Assembly: GCA_000388065.2 (NCBI GenBank)
Contig: KB932204.1
Source of the DNA: Fonticula alba ATCC 38817
Taxonomy: Eukaryota > Protista > Nucleariida
Length of the DNA stretch: 64,000 nucleotides
Reading direction: 5' to 3' (one strand)
Under the pieces are notes generated by a model that worked only from the letters and a program-made list of their open reading frames with translations, did not search any database and had not been told where the DNA came from. The stretch's first letter is position 1. The number at the start of each line of letters is the position of its first letter. Positions 1-12,766 of the stretch are shown one piece after another. The position numbers and the translations under genes were made by a program.

Positions 1-1837
1 GGGGGGGGGGGGCAGCAAGCAGGGGCACGACGGCTTTAACGGCAGAGCATGCCTGTGTTTGGGGTTTGCCTGCGTGCCGATCCTGCTCGGCGCGCAGTGC
101 ATGTCTGGGGCCCCGGGTGTGGGCTGCTGCCGCTGCTCGATCCTGACCTGCCTTGCCGCGGCCCTCCTGGCACCCCCCCCGGTCGAGGTCAACAGCGTCC
201 TTCGCGGGGGGCAAGCGCCTGCTTTCAAGGGCACAGGGTGTTGGGCACACAGGCGATTGTACGACAGCCGGTGCCGCCCCCTCCCCCCAGGGGGCGGGGG
301 ACCGGTGATGAAGTTTGTGTGGTGGTGGTGGTGGTGGTGGTGGAGGGCGGCGGCCCTGCATGGTGGCTGGGGCCCAAGGACACTGGCCGATTCTGCTCGC
401 CCAGGGCGAGGCCCGGTGTTGGTCTGAGGGCAGGCGTGCTATCACCCCTCCCGGTGCTGTGGTGACACTTCGCAGCCTGGCCGTGCTATTGTTTCTAACG
501 CGGCCACTAGCGATATCTTTGTGCCCGGGGCCGTGTGGCCAGACCGGGGCTCGGTCGCCCATCCCCCCCNNNNNNNNNNNNNNNNNNNNNNNNNNNNNNN
601 NNNNNNNNNNNNNNNNNNNNNNNNNNNNNNNNNNNNNNNNNNNNNNNNNNNNNNNNNNNNNNNNNNNNNNNNNNNNNNNNNNNNNNNNNNNNNNNNNNNN
701 NNNNNNNNNNNNNNNNNNNNNNNNNNNNNNNNNNNNNNNNNNNNNNNNNNNNNNNNNNNNNNNNNNNNNNNNNNNNNNNNNNNNNNNNNNNNNNNNNNNN
801 NNNNNNNNNNNNNNNNNNNNNNNNNNNNNNNNNNNNNNNNNNNNNNNNNNNNNNNNNNNNNNNNNNNNNNNNNNNNNNNNNNNNNNNNNNNNNNNNNNNN
901 NNNNNNNNNNNNNNNNNNNNNNNNNNNNNNNNNNNNNNNNNNNNNNNNNNNNNNNNNNNNNNNNNNNNNNNNNNNNNNNNNNNNNNNNNNNNNNNNNNNN
1001 NNNNNNNNNNNNNNNNNNNNNNNNNNNNNNNNNNNNNNNNNNNNNNNNNNNNNNNNNNNNNNNNNNNNNNNNNNNNNNNNNNNNNNNNNNNNNNNNNNNN
1101 NNNNNNNNNNNNNNNNNNNNNNNNNNNNNNNNNNNNNNNNNNNNNNNNNNNNNNNNNNNNNNNNNNNNNNNNNNNNNNNCCCTCCGCACTCTTCTTCTTG
1201 CCCTCTGTCGATCTCCGTTGTCGGGAAATTTAGCCCCATTCTTACCCCCCTTATCTTCCTCTGGTGGGGCCAGCCACCGGCTTGCGGCTGCACTCTCCCC
1301 TCCTTCCCTTTCCTCGTCCATTCCCTGTCCAGGCCCCCTGCCCGTCTGGCTGGGCTTTCTTGGGTTTTCGTTCCCTGCTCGCCCGGCGACGCACGCACGC
1401 GCGCCCGCCCGCCCCCCCCCCCTCCACTTCTCCCGTTTCCCCCCCGTTCTCCTTCTCCCCTTTCCTCCTTCCTCGGCTGGCCCTGCGCAAGTGCGTGCTC
1501 CCTTCCTATTCCGGTGCCTCTTGTCGCGTTCCGCGCCGGCGCATTCCCCAATCCCCCCCCCCCCCCGCCCCCTCTGAGTCCCCCTCACCGGGCCCCATCT
1601 AACCACCTGCGCGTGCATGTGACAGATATCCCTCTCCCGGCTTGCCTTCTCCCCTCCCTCCTCCTTCCCGGCCTTGCCCTTCTCTCCTGCGGTACCTCGT
1701 AGTACCCGGGCGCGCGGTCTCCTCCCGAGGTCCGCCCCCTTTCTCCCCATCGCGAGAGCGAGACCCAGCCCCCGTTGGACGTATGCCGAGCGCTTGATCT
1801 TCCCTCCCTCTGCATTTCTTCTTCCCCCACCTGTCCG

Positions 1838-4802
1838 ATGATGCCCCCCTCTCAGTCGAGTGGCTCGACCGCCGGCGGGCCGGCCGCCGGCGGCCACTCC
1901 TTCCCTCTGGCCGCCACCGGCAGCGGCCCCGGCATCAACCCTGGTGCTGGGTTCCCTCACCCGATGCTCGGCCTTGGCGGTGTCGGTGGCGGCAGCGGCG
2001 GCAGCGGCGGCAGCACCGGCAACGGCGGCACCGGCGCCGGCCTTGGCACTGGGCATCCGGGCCTTGTGCCGCACCATTCGGCGCCCATGCAGCCACATCA
2101 ATTGGTCCTGCCGCATGGCCACCTCTCGCCGGTGCTGATTTCCGGACAGCCACCCGGCGCGCCCCCCTCATCGATGCATCCGCTTGCACTGCACCCGGCT
2201 GTCGGCGGCCATCCCGGAGCCCTGGGGACATCCATGGCCGCCCCGTCGCTGGTCTCAATGGCCGGGTCCTCGCCGCCTCAGGGCCCGGATCCGGGCAAGC
2301 CCATGCTTCCTCGGCACTCCGGCCATGGGCCTGGTGCGTGCACGTCAGCCCCCCCCCCCCCCCCTTGGTGGCCATCTGTTCATCCTGCCTGGGGCTGACA
2401 TTGGCTTCTGCTTGTTCCCCCCCCCCTCTCCTCATTTGCGACAGGCCACATGGCATATGGACGGCCCTTCCCCCCGGGAATGAGTGCCCCGGTTGGCAGT
2501 GATGCCGGCACCGGGAGGCCCAGCACGATGCCCGGCGGCCCGGAGGACGTCCCCTCCGCAGGTGTTGGTACCGTCTCGTCGGGGGCCTTGGCATCGGCCC
2601 CGGCGACGACCGATCGTCTGGAGCAGATGAAGGCCGATGTCCGGCGCTATGTCGTGGAGGTGCGCCACTTGGTGCTGGTGTTTTGCGCCATCTGTCGCAG
2701 CCATCCGGCCGGCCCTTCCTCCGGTAGCTGACCCTCTTCCCTGGGCGGTTTCTTTTTTTTCTTCCCCCCCCCCCCCCCCCCCCGATCCTTCGGGTTTGAT
2801 CTGCCCCCTTCGTGCGCAGCTCTTGTCCGTTGAAACGCGCGACTCGGCCCTGCGGCATTTGATGCATTATCGCAAGGACCTGCCGGATCTGGCGCTCACC
2901 CTCTGGTTCAGCTACGGCGTGACGGCGGTCCTTCTGCATGAGATCATTGCCATCTATCCCTTCTTGACGTCCAGCGCCGGAGTAACCACTGGCCCGCGAG
3001 CCCTGCGCAAGGACATGAGCGACCGGGTGTGCAGTTCGCTGGCCCTGTTGCAGAGTGTCGCCACGCACTCGGTCACGCGCATCCCCTTTCTCAACGGTGC
3101 GCCCTGGTGTCTTGTCTTGCGGCACCTTCCCCGGATGTTACTGGCTTCGTGGCTCCCTCCTTCTTGTGCCCTTCCTTCGGGTCTCTGTCTTTGCGCCACA
3201 GCCTGCAATGTGTACTGACATTCAAGGTGGCCTGCGGTGTCTCTCCCTCTCCCTCCCTCCCCCCCCCCTCCTTCATTAGCTCGCATCTCCATCTTCGTCT
3301 ATCCCTTCCTCTTCACGACATGTCCATCGGAACCCTTTGCCATGCTGCGACTGTCATCTATCGGAGTGATCGGTGCACTGGTTCGCCACGATAACAGTGA
3401 CGTCATCCAGTTCCTCCTCCACTCGGATATCATGCCGCATTGCGTGCGCATCATGGAGAACGATGCATTCATTTCGAAGCTCGTGCGTGTCATGCCCGTG
3501 TGGTTCCTTCTTCTTCTTCTTCTTCTTCTTCTTTTTTCTCTCTCTGAACTATTCCCTCTCCGGTTATGGCTCCTCCCTCTTGTGGTGTCCTCTGGTGCCC
3601 TTTCACCTGTGGAATTGTTTCTTCCTCCTCTTACCCCCTTCCATCGGCCTCCATCTCGCCCTCTTCTCTTGGTGCTCCTGAACTCCCAGGTCGCCATCTA
3701 TGTCATTTTGAAGATCCTCTCCGACCCGAAGGGTCTTGAGCGCATTGTCGCCAAGCGAGACTACCTTCAGAGCGTCATTCGCGGCCTCGGACAGATGGCC
3801 GTCGAGGTGGAGAATGGCTTCCGCGAGTTGGCCACCACGCCGTCCGGTCCGGCGTCGCCGCATGGCGTCGGCCCCGGGGGGCTTCCCTCGTCGCCGGCGG
3901 CAGCGGCGGCGGCGGCGGCGGCGGCCGTGGCCAGTGCCTCGCCCCTTGCCCCAGCCACCAACAAGTCGCCGACCAACCTCCTGCGCATGTTCAAGAACCT
4001 GCTCCGGTGCTACCACTGTCTGGCGCGGCATCCCTCATCTCGGCTGTTCCTCGGGCTGGAGCCCCTGCCACGGGCGATTGCCACCCCCTCGGAGGAAAGC
4101 ACTCCGTTGGTGGTGGCCCCGGTGTTCGACCCCCTGGGCCGGCTGCCGGCTGCCTTTTACCATCGGCCCGGGTCGACGGGTGCCCTGCCGGGGGCCGGGG
4201 TCGGGGCGCTTCGCCCGGCTTCCGAGTCTCCCGAGGGGGCCAGTGTCCCGCCGCCGGTGTCCATGGCGGATGGCGGGAACGCCTCGCCCCCGGGCGCCGG
4301 TGGCGGTCCCATGCCGACCGGGTCCGGGCCCAGTCCGGCGTCGGCCCTGCCACCGGATGCCGGGGTGGGCGCCGGTGGTTCGGGCCCGGGCCCGGGCCCG
4401 GGCCCGGGCCAGCCGGCCTGGTTCACGAGCCTCGTCCGGCAGATGCCCTACACCATGGGCAACCCGGATGTCCTGACCGACACCAATGTCCAGCAGCATC
4501 TGGCCCAGCTGCATGCGGAGCTCGTGTCGCCGGAGCAGCCGGCCGGCTCGTCGGTCTCCGCCGGCGGGGCGGCTGCCCCTCCGGTCGGTCACCACCCCCT
4601 TCCTGGCGGCCTTGCAAATGGGGCTGGCTCCCCGGGGCCGCTTGGCGCCAGTGACCCGGCCATCGCGGCCGCGGCCTCCGTGCCGCGTCATGGTGATCAG
4701 ACCCCGGGTCATGGCGGGTCGCTGGCTGATGCTGCCCTTGGCGTTATGCCGGGCGGCTTCCATGCCCCGGCTGGCGGCCGTCCCGGTGGCGGCTCCTTCT
4801 GA
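1838..4802 (+). CDS. CNOT9: CCR4-NOT subunit CNOT9/Rcd1/Caf40 homolog, 5 exons, ~767 aa with low-complexity extensions
   Basis: Exons 1838-2333, 2445-2659, 2820-3096, 3280-3482, 3690-4802 join in frame via GT..AG introns. Translation LLSVETRDSAL..DLPDLALTLWFSYG..LLHEIIAIYP..SDRVCSSLALLQSVATH..FVYPFL..PFAMLRLSSIGVIGALVRHD..FLLHSDIMPHCVRIME..SKLVAIYVILKILSD..LLRCY follows the Rcd1 armadillo core in order. Start codon inferred. Confidence 0.92.
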
Positions 4803-6467
4803 GTCGGGAAATGGCCGGTTAGTAGCCCCATCCTCGATTGAGCCCCCCCCCCCCCCTCCCTCCTCCTTCTGCTGTTCCTCTCCTTTTCCGTTTTGTCGGA
4901 TGGCCGCCCCACCGCGGCATGTACTTGCCCTCCTCTCCTCTCCTCCTCCATCCCCGCGTTCAGTCGCTTCGTTCCTGAGCTCGGCTGCCCTCGCCGGCCG
5001 ATGCATATTTGTTCGCCCAATTGTGGCTGGCTCGCGAGGGCCGTTGCCTCTCTCGTCGTCGGCTCGCGTGGTTCTCGAAATTTGCCATACATATGGCGAC
5101 CCTCCGGGCTGGGCGGCCGACGGCGGTGTGGTGGCGGTCGTGCTTCGACCTCCCCCCTTCCTCCCCCCCTCCCCCCCTCCCCCCTCCCCCCTCCCCTCTG
5201 CACCCGTGGGCCCTGTGAAGCCCGCTTCATGACCAGCGGACAGAAGAAGGACTCTATTCTTGTCTTTCCCTTAGGTTGGTCCGCTGTTCCGCGCCCCGTC
5301 GCGCGCGCCCTTCACCCATTTCTTTTGTATTATAGCCAGAAATGACCTTCCTCTCCCTGGCAAGGGGAAGCGGAGAGCGCGGGCACTTGCTTTGCGACTC
5401 GAGTCATACTCGCGCACCTGCGGAGCTGGCCTTTCCTGTCCCAGTTCTTCTGCTGGAGCCAGGTGCGACAGGCCGTGATTCCGATGCAGCTGTGTGCTTT
5501 TGGTTCGCTCCCCCACGCCCCGATGTCCCCTTCCCCTTTTGCCGCCCCCTCCCCCCTCCCCCCTTCCTTGTGTTCCCTCCCCCCTGCTCCTGGGCGGCGT
5601 GCGGCCAGTAAGCCTCGTGCCGCTGCCCTCCCGCTGAGGCGTCCTGCCTCACCTTCCCATCCTGTCGCCCCTTTTGTGGCGCCCTCCCCCTCCCCCCTGC
5701 TCTCTCTCTCTCTCTCTCTCTCCGACAGCTTCCTCTTCTTCCTCCCTTCCTCTCTCTCTCTCTCCCTTTCTAGTCCGTTTAGACGACACTTTGGTTCGCT
5801 CTGTCTTCCTTCTCGGCGTACCAGTCCAGTTGTGATTGTAAAAAACAAATAAAGAAAGCTCAAGCTTCCTTTCCCTGCCGCTTCTTCTCTGCTCGTGTGC
5901 CTTTGTGTCGAGCCACCCTGCTGGGTATCCCCCCCCCGCTGCGGGGCCTCCCCCGATATGCCCCCTGCCTCGTCAAAAAGGAGGTTGACCCTTCCCCCCT
6001 GCCCGGGGGGCTCCTGGCGGTCGGGTCGCGGGCTGATCGGGCAAAAAAGCCTGGTCCTGGGGGGAGATGTGAACTGCCCACTGTCCGGGCGGGTCGTCCT
6101 GTTGATGTCTGGGTCGGTGAGAGTGAGCGCTGGTGGGCGCACGGGCGGGCAGGCGGTGAAGAAGAGCACCCCCCCCCCCNNNNNNNNNNGGGGGGGCATG
6201 TACTGGTGCGCGTTCGCGCGGGCGCATTTTTCCTCCCCCCGAAGCGGCCTGGGGGAAAAAACAGCCGCGATCCGACGGTGAGGCCGGCAAGACCCCGGCA
6301 TCACCCCTCGACTCCAGCTCCCTTCCTTGCCATTTCGCGCCGCCGATCATCCCTTGCCCGGGCGGTTTCCCCTTTGCCTTTTGCTTTCGGCATCTGTTGT
6401 GACGCCTCTCGCGCAAGCTCTTGCCTCCCCCCCCCCCTCTCTCTCTCTCTCGCATCCATTCTCCCCG

Positions 6468-6726
6468 ATGTCTGGCCCTCAGACTCCCAGTCTTTCTGAC
6501 TGGGAGGCCGTGACGCCGACCCTGTCGCCCTCGGTGACTGGGCCGGCGGCCGGCTCGCCGACGCTCAAGGCCACCCCCTCCCTGCTGGAGCGGATATCCA
6601 ATCACCGGACGCCACTGTCGCTGCACTCGCAGAAGCGCAAGCAGGCCGCAGCGGCGGCCACTGGCCATGGGTATGGCCAGGGCGGCAGTGGGAGCGGCGG
6701 CTACCCAAGTCATCCGGGTGGTGGTA

Positions 6727-6789
<63 letters not shown>

Positions 6790-9700
6790 GTGGCACTCTC
6801 GCAGCGCCCCCTTCCTCGACGGACTTTTCTTTCCTGCCGCCTCTGGGCCCCGGGTCGGCGGCTTCTGGCCGGGCGGTGTTTGACACGGGGCCGGGGGCCG
6901 GCAGCGGCTCCGGTCCCCGGGACCGACCGGCCGGCCCCGGCCAAAAGGTCTTCCTCCTGCCGGAGCGCCTGAAGGTCGGGCGCCTGGCCGCCTGGAATCA
7001 CATCACGCGCCAGGACCTCCAGTATTGCGTGGCCCAGCCGGTTGTCCAGCTGGCCGGTTACCAGTTGAATGTTGTCGAGCAATGGTGCGTCCGGGCCCCG
7101 GGGGCGGCGTGGTGGTGCCCTCGATCTGTCGGCTTCCCCTGGCTAACTCCCCCTGCTGGTGTGCTTTCCCCCCGTGCAGGCTCACCGATCGGCGGCGCTT
7201 TCTCAACACATTGCTGGTTCAGACCGACAACACCGCGGATGTGGTTTTCCTGACCTCGCTAGCGCCAATGGCGGTTCTCGGATCGCCGGACGCCGCTCCG
7301 CGGGCCATCCAGGCACAGGACATTCACAGCTGCTTCCCGGACTTGGCGGCGCGCTTCATCCTGCAGATTCCTGTACGATCTTGGCCATAGCCTCGTCCCC
7401 TGGGTGCCGGCTTGCCTCATCTTGGATCCTTGTTGCACTGCCTGCTGACACTGCCTGCCCCATCTCTTCCCCATGCGGCATGGGACTTTCCCCTTTCCAC
7501 CGTGCCCTCCCCCATCCCCCCCCCCCTCCCTCCCCCCCCCACTCCTTTGGAAGACGGATGAGGGTGTTGTGGGAATTGCCCGCATGAATCACTTCCCGCC
7601 AACCCTGAATCTGATTCACGTCCCGAATGGCGATTATGACTCCTCCCTGGCCCGGATTGTCATCAGCATCAACCTCAAGAGGGCCGGCTTCACCGGTCGG
7701 ACGGCCGTGTCCATTGTCCACCACCGGTGCGTTGTCTTCGACTGGGCCGGGTTCGCTTTCACTTGCCTGGGCCTGCGATGCTGGCGCTGACATGGGTCTT
7801 TGCCTCTCCCCTGGGAGGGGGGCCTGGCCGGGGTGTCCAATGCAGCGAGGCCATCGAGAAGTTCAATGCGCTGTACTTGATTTCGCCCCTGGTCCCGTAC
7901 TCTTTCTCGGTGGTGGAGCTGATCCGACTGGCACAGACGGGCTTGGCCCTGTGCGGGTTCTTGGTCCCCCCGAATCAACGCTCCTCGCCGAGCTTCCTCT
8001 TCCCCCGGGGCAAGGCCTCGGCCGGCGGGAATGGCGGTGGCAGCGCGGCTCCCGGAAGTGGCAGCACCTCCCCGGACCCCGAGGGCCACATGTTTGACGA
8101 GGATCCGGAAGTGTTGCATCAGCGCTTCCTCATCCGCTGGCGGGATCCCTCCTTCGCTCAGTTGCGCGATGGGCTCCTCTGCGATCAGACGGTCCTGGCC
8201 TTGAAGCTGTACCTCGTGGTGTTTATCAAGCGCGACTCGCAGCCGCGCGGCTTGGTGCGCGCTGACACCCTTCCTGTCATTTGCTCCGTGCCGGCCTGGG
8301 CCCATTGGCACGCTCTAACGAGTTCTCCTTCTGTGTCCCTGGCCTGGCCTGGCCTTCCCCCCCCCCCCCCCTTGCTGCTCCGGGCATTCCTTCAGGCCAC
8401 GGATGAAAGCCTGCTTCTTCGGCAAATCATCACACATATTCTGTCGACCGTGTGCACGGTTCGGCATATTCTCAGCCTTCATGGATTTTCGGTGCGTTCC
8501 CTCGCTTCCTCCTTCTGATGCTCCCTCTCGCCTGCTGCCAGCGCTCTGACTCGGTCCGCTGCTTCCAGGTCCCGAAGGACCCCTTTTCCAGTGCGCCGGA
8601 GTTTGTTCGCGCGGTCCGGCAATTCCAGCTTCACCAGCTGGCCGGTGATCCCTATGGCGTGAGGCGACACTTTGCGCAGGACAGCGCTGCCCGGCACTTC
8701 GATCAGCCTCCCCACGCATCGGGCCTCATCACGCCCGGGCTGCTGCAGCTCCTGGCCCCCATCCAGAGCGAGCTTGCCCGGCAGCTGACCCTCAACCCGA
8801 AGACGCTGATCCTGTCCACGTCCAACCTGCCGACGTCCTTCGAGTCAAGTGGCCCGGGATCGCGCCCGGGAATCCTCCAGCGGGCCGGGTCTTTCGGCGT
8901 GCCGGGAACCGGGGCCAGCGTCGTACGCGATGGAGCGGATGCCCCCATGGGGATGGACTTGTCGCCGGTCCCCTCGGCGCCGATGCTGGGGTCGCTGGAC
9001 ACCGGTGACGATGCCGGGCCGGCGAGTATCCCCTCGTCCGGGGGCATGGGTGGCGGCGGCGGCGGCGGCGGCGCCCCCACCGCTACCGCCACCGCTGGCA
9101 CCAGTGGCACGGCCGGTGCTCTTGGGACCACGGCCACCGGCGGGGGGCCTCTGAGCGCGTCGGCGGTGTTTACCTCCGCTTCCATCGAGCAGCTGGTCCT
9201 GCAGCAGGTGGTGCAGGGTGCTTTGCGAGTCGAGGCGCCGGAGGTGGCCCCGGCCGCCGGGGCATCCTTCTTCACCGGCGACCCGGAAATCGGGGCCGGA
9301 TTGGACTTGGCGGCGTTGGCCCTGTATCCGACCTTCGATTTGTCGCAGCTGCTTTCTCGGCCGAATTTGCCGCCGCGCATGCGTGCCCTCTGGGAGGGCC
9401 GGGTGGGCGGGGCTGCTGGCGGAACCGGGCCCGGCGGCCATGCCCCCTCGCAAGGGACCCCTGGGGCTGATCTTGCTGGCGCCGGCGCCAGTGGGATTGC
9501 CCCCGGCGCCGGGCACCATTCGATCGCCGCGCTGGACCCGGAGGACCTGGCAAGCGGTGGGGGCTCCTTTGCCCCGGGGACCGAGCAGCCTTCCAGTTTC
9601 GAGAAGCTCTTTTCCAACCCCGTGAAGCAGGTTACCCGCGGGGCCCTGGCCGGGATGCCCTTTTCCTCGTCGCGCATGGCCGACTCCCGGGGGTCCGGGT

Positions 9701-11625
9701 TCATCCGGCTGGATGACAGTGCCTTCAGTGGAGGCCCCGCCGCCGGGTACTGCCCCTTCTGGGCCAGTACCACGTCGATGACCATCTGCTCCAACACGTA
9801 TCTCAACAGCCTCAGCCAGCCGGCGCCGCGGGTGCCTGGCGGGTTGGTCGGCGGCGGAGGTGCCGGTGGGCTGGCCGCCTCCGGCGGGTCGGCCACCCGG
9901 CCGAGTCTCCATCCGATCGACACGTCCAGCGCCCTGCTTGGCGGCGGGGCGGCCGATGCCCCGACTTCGGATGACAGCCGGGCCGGCTCGTCGGCCTCCT
10001 CGCGGCACTTTGGCCGGCGTGTCCTCGGGGGCCGGGTATGTTTTTTGGGCTTTTCTTCTGCCCCCTCGCGGCCCTGCCTTCCTGCTGCTGAGGCCGCTTC
10101 CTTTGCTGGGCCTCGGTGTCCCCCCCCCTTTTTTTTGGCATCCCTTTGGTGTCATGCTTTCCTTCCCCCTCTAACCAGTGGCTCGTTGGGGCTCGCCCGT
10201 GTGCAGAAGGATGCCTCTGTCGTGGGAGATGGCTCGGGCGCCGGGTCGACTCCGGAGACGCCCAGTGGCCCGAGCTCTGCCGGTACCGGGCAGGCTGGCG
10301 GCTCGCGCAAGAACTTCCTCCGCGGCATGAGTGGTATCCAATCATCGTTGCAGATCACTGTCGATGGGCTTCGACGGGTCCCCGGGTCCTACCCGCACTT
10401 CAAGCACAACCGCCGGGCCGCCGGTGGGGGAGCCGCTGCCGGGGCCGGGCCCGGCGCTGGCAATGGCGACTCGGCTGCCGGGTCTTCCGGGGCCGGTGGC
10501 TCTGTGTCTGGGGATCTTGTTGCCGGCGGGGCCGATGCCGGGGCCAATGGTCAGCTTCTGGGTGGCCTGTCCGGGGAGTTCCACGAACTGGCCCGAGCGG
10601 CGCGGCTGTCCGAATCGCGGTTTCTCCACTCGGTCCGCCGGGTCGAGGTACGGCCGGAACGCCCTGCTTTTCCTCCCTGCCCCCGCCTGCCGGGGGGGTT
10701 GATGGTGCACCGTTGGTTTTGTCATTTCGCGAAAGATTAACCCGTTTCAACTGTCCTCGCGGGGCTTGCGTGTATCTGTGCGCGTGTCTGCGCGTGTCTG
10801 CGCGTGTCTGCGCGTGTCTGCGCGTGTCTGTGCGTGTCTGTGCGTGTCTGCACGTGTCTGCGCGTGTCTGCGCGTGTCTGCGCGCGGCTGCGTGGCCCGC
10901 AGGACCTGGCTCTGGCACATGAACGGGCCCTCTCCATTGCCTCGGCTTCGCTGGAGGAGCGAGCCTTCGAGTTCAAGGCCCTGGAGTCGCACCTGCGTGC
11001 GGGGCTCATCCCACGGGCGCATCTGCTGCTGGCTCGGTCGCTGGGACACTCGAATGCCCTGCCGGGGCCACTGCAAAGCTACCTGATGTCAGGACTCAGT
11101 GGGCTGATGGGCGATGTGGCAGCCGCGCTGGACTCGGCCGATGGCGACGACCTGCCGGACTTGTCCTTCGCCTCGCAGCAGCTGGATTACGAGCTGCAGG
11201 TGTGCATGTCCCGGGCGGATGAGCTGAGGGATGCGCTGCAAATGCACTTGGAGACTTTGAGCCGCGTGGAGGCCAGCCTCCACCGGCGCCACAGCTCCCT
11301 CCTTTGGATGGCCCACAGCCGGGTGATCCGCGGTGCGTGTGTGATGTGGCCACCATCGAGCGGGTCTCGGCACTCCCTTTGCCCTCCTCCTCCTTCTCTT
11401 CCTCCTCTTGCGCTCGCCCCCTGACACTCACACCGTGTTGGCCATGCTTTGCCAGCCTGGAATATGCTCATGGGCAGCATGTCCTCCAATGATCCGCTTC
11501 GGCGTCCGGCGCCTGCCTTCCTGCCAGTGGTGGTCTTCTTCATCATCGGCGGGGTGAGCTGGTACTTTGTGCTGCTCCTGGTCAAGGTGGTGACTAGCGC
11601 GTCGGCGAGCGTTGCCGTGGGATAG
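6468..11625 (+). CDS. STB6: STB6/STB2-like (fungal Sin3-binding family) protein, 9 exons, ~1331 aa, C-terminal coiled coil and hydrophobic tail
   Basis: Exons 6468-7084, 7180-7372, 7554-7726, 7846-8254, 8396-8491, 8569-10035, 10207-10647, 10903-11332, 11456-11625 (sum 3996 nt, in frame). Motifs YQLNVVEQW, NHFPPTLNLIHVPNGD, INLKRAGFTGR, VELIRLAQTGL, DGLLCDQT and VPKDPF..FQ match the remembered STB6 N-terminal pattern (VEQW; FP..L..I.VPDGD; NLKRLGCSGR; DGLLCD.T; PKD). Last exon encodes FLPVVVFFIIGGVSWYFVLLLVKVV. Confidence 0.72.
10781..10880 (+). repeat. 10-bp tandem repeat (CGCGTGTCTG) x10, intronic
   Basis: Read directly; ten units with three single-base variants, inside STB6-like intron 10648-10902. 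Confidence 0.95.
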
Positions 11626-11835
11626 CACATGGACCCCCCCCCCCCCCCCCCCCCTGCCCTCTTTGGCGCTCAATGGCATTATGCAATACATCAGCCTGTT
11701 GGGTGCCCCTGTGGCTCCGTTGCAGCTAGCCACCCGGGCTTTCACCCCAGGGAGGGCGGGGACATGGCATTGCATGGTCTATATTTGGGTGTTCGTGTGG
11801 GGAGGGGGAGGGGGAAGCCGCGACAGGCCCACGGT

Positions 11836-12694
11836 CTAGCCTGTCTGTAGGGAGGCCCGCTCGAAGCGGCTGCAGGCATTGGTGAAGCGGCTGACCGGGG
11901 AAACGGTAACCAGGCGGGTGTTGGCGGCCGGGCGATGGTCGGTGTCGCGGCCGCGAGGTGGGCGTTCGCGCGTTGGTCGGCTGTCGGAGAAGCGCGACCG
12001 GTGCCCGTGGCTACCGGGCCCGGTGGCCGAGCTGCCGCCAGCGGCCGGGAGGAGCACCTGCCGCTGACGACGCATGTCACCCAGGGTTTGCTCCACATGG
12101 AGGATGGTCAGGCTGGCGGCGCCCTCGCGGATGGCCATGCGAGCGGCGTTTCTACGTCAAAGGTGCGAGTCAGAGGTGGGCGAAAAGTAGCAGGGAAAAG
12201 GGGAGGCAGGAGGGGAGGGGGAAGGGGCATTCTAAAGAGCGGAGCCAGCGTGTGTGTGTGTGTGTGTGTGTGCGTGACAAAAACATGGCTCCATCGCACC
12301 GAACCAGCAGAACCACATCGCCGGTGGTCCAGCCATCTGAGGCGGTGGCCCAGTGGTCCGCCCACTCGGCCGAGATCGGCCCCTCCAGCGAGGCCGGGCG
12401 CGGGAAGAAGGACGGCGGTGTGAGAAAGCCGCCAGGGGCGGGGGTTGGCGCCCGGCAGTGGCACGAGGCATCGGGGGCGTCGATGCCGGGGACTGGGGCC
12501 ACAGCACGCAAAGTGTGCCGGAGGACCTCTCGACGGTCGTGAATGCACGGCAGGGGGATGTGGATGTGCGCATCCAGCCGGCCTGCACAGAGGGAGAAGC
12601 GGTGCAAGGGCGGAGTAAGGGGCAAGTGAGATGGGTTAGAAGCAAAAAAAAGAGAGGGGGGAATTGGCCATGTGGGGCTCCGTGTGTGCGTGTG

Positions 12695-12766
<72 letters not shown>

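Noticed and set aside
49-1830. ORFs at the window start spanning the first gap
   Set aside because: Mostly N-derived or low complexity, with no recognisable motif or splice pattern; at most the edge of an upstream gene.
3483-3689. Poly-Leu/Phe 'transmembrane' stretch in the 521-aa ORF
   Set aside because: It is the (CTT)n tract of CNOT9 intron 4; the Rcd1 alignment resumes cleanly without it.
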